From: Macrostomum lignano
Lineage: Eukaryota
Assembly (NCBI GenBank): GCA_002269645.1
Contig: NIVC01002696.1
Location: 18,278-82,277, forward strand
Length of the DNA stretch: 64,000 nt
Reading direction: 5' to 3'
Within the stretch, counting starts at the first letter, position 1. Every line of letters begins with the position of its first letter. Made by a program: the position numbers and the translations under genes. This document shows positions 60,181 through 64,000 of the stretch, one piece after another. The notes under the pieces are model-generated. The model did no database searches. It was not told where the DNA came from and saw only the letters and a program-made list of their open reading frames with translations.

Positions 60181-63100
60181 TCAATACAATCCGCAGCCGC
60201 GCAAGTTATTAGCAATAATTACATCCGTGACAGCGTCGAACACGAACTGGATGTTGTTAGTGTCCGTGGCGCAGGTCTGGTGGCAGTAGATCTCTTTGTT
60301 CGGCGACTTGTTTTTCGCTTCGAATTGCGCCTGAATGTAGGCGGCCGCTTCTTCGTAGGTCTGTTTGCCTGTGTGATGCATAATTTGTTGTTTTATTGGA
60401 AACTGCGGTACAGGTGTTTAGAGTCTAATTGTTGTCGATCGTGTCTTGCAGGTCACAAATCCGAAATCTATTAGGTACCACATCCTGAATCTATACGTAC
60501 TTAATCTAACAACTCTTACAGGTGATCAGGGGCGTCGCCATGAATTTTATGGTGTGAGGGGACGAAGCCCCTTTTTAGCACCGCAGGCACTCATTTTAGC
60601 ACCGCAGGCACTCATTTTAGCGCCACAGGCACTCATTTTAGCGCCGCAGGAACTCATTTTAGCGCCGCAGGCACTCATTTTAGCGCCGCAGGCACTCATT
60701 TTAGCGCCGCAGGCACTCATTTTAGCGCCGCAGGCACTCATTTTAGCGCCGCAGGCACTCATTTTAGCGCCACAGGAACTCATTTTAGCGACGCAGGCGC
60801 TATGTTCCTTCGCCATGAAGCAAAATTGTTGATTTCAATAATAGGTCAAACAAAGGTGGTTGTTGTGGGGGACAAAGCAGTGACATGTCCCCTCATAACT
60901 ATTACGGGGGTTGGCGACACGCCTGCAGGTGATACATCCTTAATCTTACAGTCAATTAACTGCTGTAAAAGAAGCTAAACTTACTACATGCTCAAGTTAG
61001 TACGTGCAATAAGATATTTTAGCACCAATCGCACTACTTACCACAGTACTCGGTGAAGCAAATTGTCAACGGCGATTTCTTGATTTTCTCTTCAAACAAA
61101 TCTTTTTTGTTAAGAAACAAAATGATTGACGTTTCGGTGAACCATTTGTTGTTGCAGATGCTGTCAAAGAGTTTCAAGGACTCTTGCATACGGTTCTGCG
61201 GGGTGCAAAGATGAGTTCCATGTCCTTAGTCATTGTTTGGACTTTTTAGAAACAAATCCGTTTCTCGTGGCAACCAGGAGACCTATCTAGCTAGCGTTTC
61301 CGTGGCAACCAGTTGATTTATTTAGTGTCTCCATGGCAACCAGTAGATCTAGCTAGCGTTTCCATGGCGACCAGTAGACCTATCTAGCGTTTCCATGGCG
61401 ACCAGTAGGCCTATTTAGCCTTTTCTATATAAACCAAGTAAGCTATATAGATTTATATTCAGCGTTAAAGTTCCTACGTTAACGTTTTCTACGTTGACAA
61501 CCTCGAAAAACTATATCGAGCTTAAAACTCACTGTGGTCTCGTCCTCATGCAGCACTTGATCGTACTCGCTCATGGCCACGCAAAATATGATAGCTGTGA
61601 CGTCTTCGAAGCAGTGGATCCACTTCTTGCGTTCAGAGCGTTGGCCGCCCACGTCGAATAGCCTGAGTGACAGGGAGTGATGGTTGAGACAGGTGTGCAT
61701 AATATTGCATATTATTTGTTGTTTGACCTTGCAATAACTATTCATTTAACTGTGCCTTTTAATTAGCACTTTGAAAATGTCACTTCTCAACTATCACTCA
61801 TCAATTGTCACTCATCAATCGTGACTCATCAATTGTCACTCATCAATTGTCACTCATCAATTGTCACTCATCGGTTGTCACTCTTCAATCGTCACTCTTC
61901 AATCGTCACTCATCAATTGTCACTCATCAATTGCCACTCATCAATTGTCACTCACATATTGTAACTCCAAAATTTTCACTCTTCAATCGTCACTCATCAA
62001 TTGTCACTCTTCAATCGTCACTCTTCAATCGTCACTCATCAATTGTCACTCTTCAATCGTCACTCATCAATTGTCACTCATCGGTTGTCACTCCAAAATT
62101 GTCACTCATAACTTCTGACCCTCAGTTAATAGTTAGCAAGCAGAACTGCAATAAAGGTGTACATTTCAAGTTTGGCACTAGATGGCGGGGGTGAAAACGC
62201 AGCATTTAAACTGCTTGCCTAAGAGGCTTAGCTACAATAAAATCGACCGATGTGTCGACTGATAATTTTCTGTTCCTGTTTTGTACTCAATAATCTACAT
62301 GAAGTCAGCTGTCAATCTAAATTCAGGAATACTTTTTGTGTACACAAAATTTTCTTTTTTTCTATCCAATTATAACAGTCGTTATTGCAAACTACAAAGA
62401 GCCTGATCAATACTGAACTGAGGGTGTGGTTAGACTTTGAGCAGATCAATAATTTTGGAGAGAATAGACATTGGTTAGAATTGAAGAGAGACTAGATCAT
62501 GGTCGGAGTGAGACTAGATCCCAGATAATGTAAGACTAGATCATGATTGGAGTGAGACTAGATCATGATTGGAGTGAGACTAGATCATGTTTAAAGTGAG
62601 ACTAGATCATGTTTATAATGGACTAGATCATGTTTAAAATGAGACTAGATCATGATTATAATGGACTAGATCATGTTTAAAGTGAGACTAGATCATGATT
62701 ATAATGGACTAGATCATGATTATAATGGACTAGATCATGTTTAAAGTGAGACTAGATCATGATTATAATGGACTAGATCATGTTTAAAGTGAGACTAGAT
62801 CATGATTATAATGAGACTAGATCATGTTTAAAGTGAGACTAGATCATGTTTAAAGTGAGACTAGATCATGTTTAAAGTGAGACTAGATCATGATTATAAT
62901 GGACTAGATCATGTTTAAAGTGAGACTAGATCATGATTATAATGAGACTAGATCATGTTTAAAGTGAGACTAGATCATGTTTAAAGTGAGACTAGATCAT
63001 GATTATAATGGACTAGATCATGTTTAAAGTGAGACTAGATCATGATTATAATGAGACTAGATCATGTTTAAAGTGAGACTAGATCATGTTTAAAGTGAGA

Positions 63101-63695
63101 CTATATCATGATTATAATGAGACTAGATCATGTTTAAAGTGAGACTAGATCATGATTATAATGAGACTAGATCATGTTTAAAGTGAGACTAGATCATGTT
63201 TAAAGTGAGACTAGATCATGTTTAAAGTGAGACTAGATCATGATTATAATGAGACTAGATCATGTTTAAAGTGAGACTAGATCATGATTATAATGAGACT
63301 AGATCATGTTTAAAGTGAGACTAGATCATATTTAAAGTGAGACTAGATCGCGATCGGGAGAGAGAGATTACATTAGAGACAATAAAATCAAGTACACGAA
63401 ACTCACTTGAAGTTGAGATTCTTAAAGATAAAATGCACCTCCACAATGCCAGTGGTTTTCACTCGGTGCGCAGTATGTCCTGCTCAGTGGGCATGTAGTC
63501 CTTGGCGCCCAAACGGTCAAGATCGTCTAAGAAGTACTTGGCCGAGTCGTTTAGTTGGTACTCGTTCGAACGGCCGAAGCACTCTTGAACTCCGGTGTCG
63601 GCCCAGAGGCGCTTCATGGCCAGGAGCAGCTCCTCGGAGAAGGGCTCCGTGTCCTCCATGCGGCCGATCACGTCGAACACAACCTTGGCGTCGGT
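60181..63695 (-). CDS. GNAO1: G protein alpha-o subunit, 3' exons 63695-63407, 61662-61533, 61195-61042, 60368-60181
   Basis: [65 protein letters not shown]; apparent 1-nt deletion at 63465-63466. Confidence 0.95.
60527..60925. mobile_element. hAT-type MITE carrying the 21-bp satellite
   Basis: TIRs CAGGGGCGTCGCCA/TGGCGACACGCCTG (12 of 14); perfect 8-bp TSD CAGGTGAT. Confidence 0.88.
61790..62105. repeat. 14-bp intronic minisatellite (tcactcatcaattg)
   Basis: Tandem copies. Confidence 0.88.
62505..63350. repeat. 22-bp intronic minisatellite (gagactagatcatgtttaaagt)
   Basis: Tandem copies with two alternating variants. Confidence 0.93.
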
Positions 63696-63734
63696 CTGAG
63701 AGTTTGAATATTCGGGTTGATGCAATTTTTGAAG

Positions 63735-63980
63735 GGTAGCGGCTGATCAAAGGAATTGGGTTGGCGGCTGATCAAAGGAATTGGGGGCGGCTGATCAAAG
63801 GAATTGGGTTGGCGGCTGATCAAAGGAATTGGGGTGGCGGCTGATCAAAGGAATTGGGTTGGCGGCTGATCAAAGGAATTGGGGTGGCGGCTGATCAAAG
63901 GAATTGGGGTGGCGGCTGATCAAAGGAATTGGGGTGGCGACTGATCAATGGAATGGGGTGAGGTTGGCGGCTGATCAAGG
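63735..63980. repeat. 25-bp intronic minisatellite (ggcggctgatcaaaggaattgggtt)
   Basis: Tandem copies. Confidence 0.9.
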
Positions 63981-64000
63981 AACGGAAGGGCAGTTATTAA

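Overview
Repeat-rich invertebrate (animal) genomic DNA. Host genes are intron-containing: a claudin-like four-TM gene, KChIP, Par-6 and the 3' half of G-alpha-o. Most of their introns contain a minisatellite. At 12330-30143 lies a complete 17.8-kb Polinton/Maverick (adintovirus-like) endogenous virus with 576-bp TIRs, AGTAGT ends and a 6-bp TSD (CGCAGG). It encodes a PLA2-integrase fusion, core proteins, major capsid, packaging ATPase, penton, adenain protease, a fibre with discoidin-like domains, a primase-SF3 helicase and a pPolB. Main finding: the first viral gene is interrupted by an 880-nt IC1-like group I self-splicing intron (12986-13865), inserted in the PLA2 YxGPG motif. The intron has complete P1, P3, P4, P7, P8 and P9 pairings, a U.G 5' splice site and a terminal G. 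It carries an ORF resembling the Eco47II/Sau96I restriction-endonuclease family (GGNCC cutters), not a classical homing endonuclease. The ligated exon junction reads GGT|CC, i.e. GGNCC, and a by-eye scan found no GGNCC anywhere in the 17.8-kb element, whereas the mirror motif CCNGG is common. This suggests a restriction enzyme co-opted as the homing/competition nuclease of a ribozyme riding an animal endogenous virus. Also present are a giant intronless 2111-aa ORF with 242-aa repeats next to Polinton-like relic sequence, two hAT-type MITEs and a decayed Gypsy gag. Family assignments come from motif recognition only; no database search was run.
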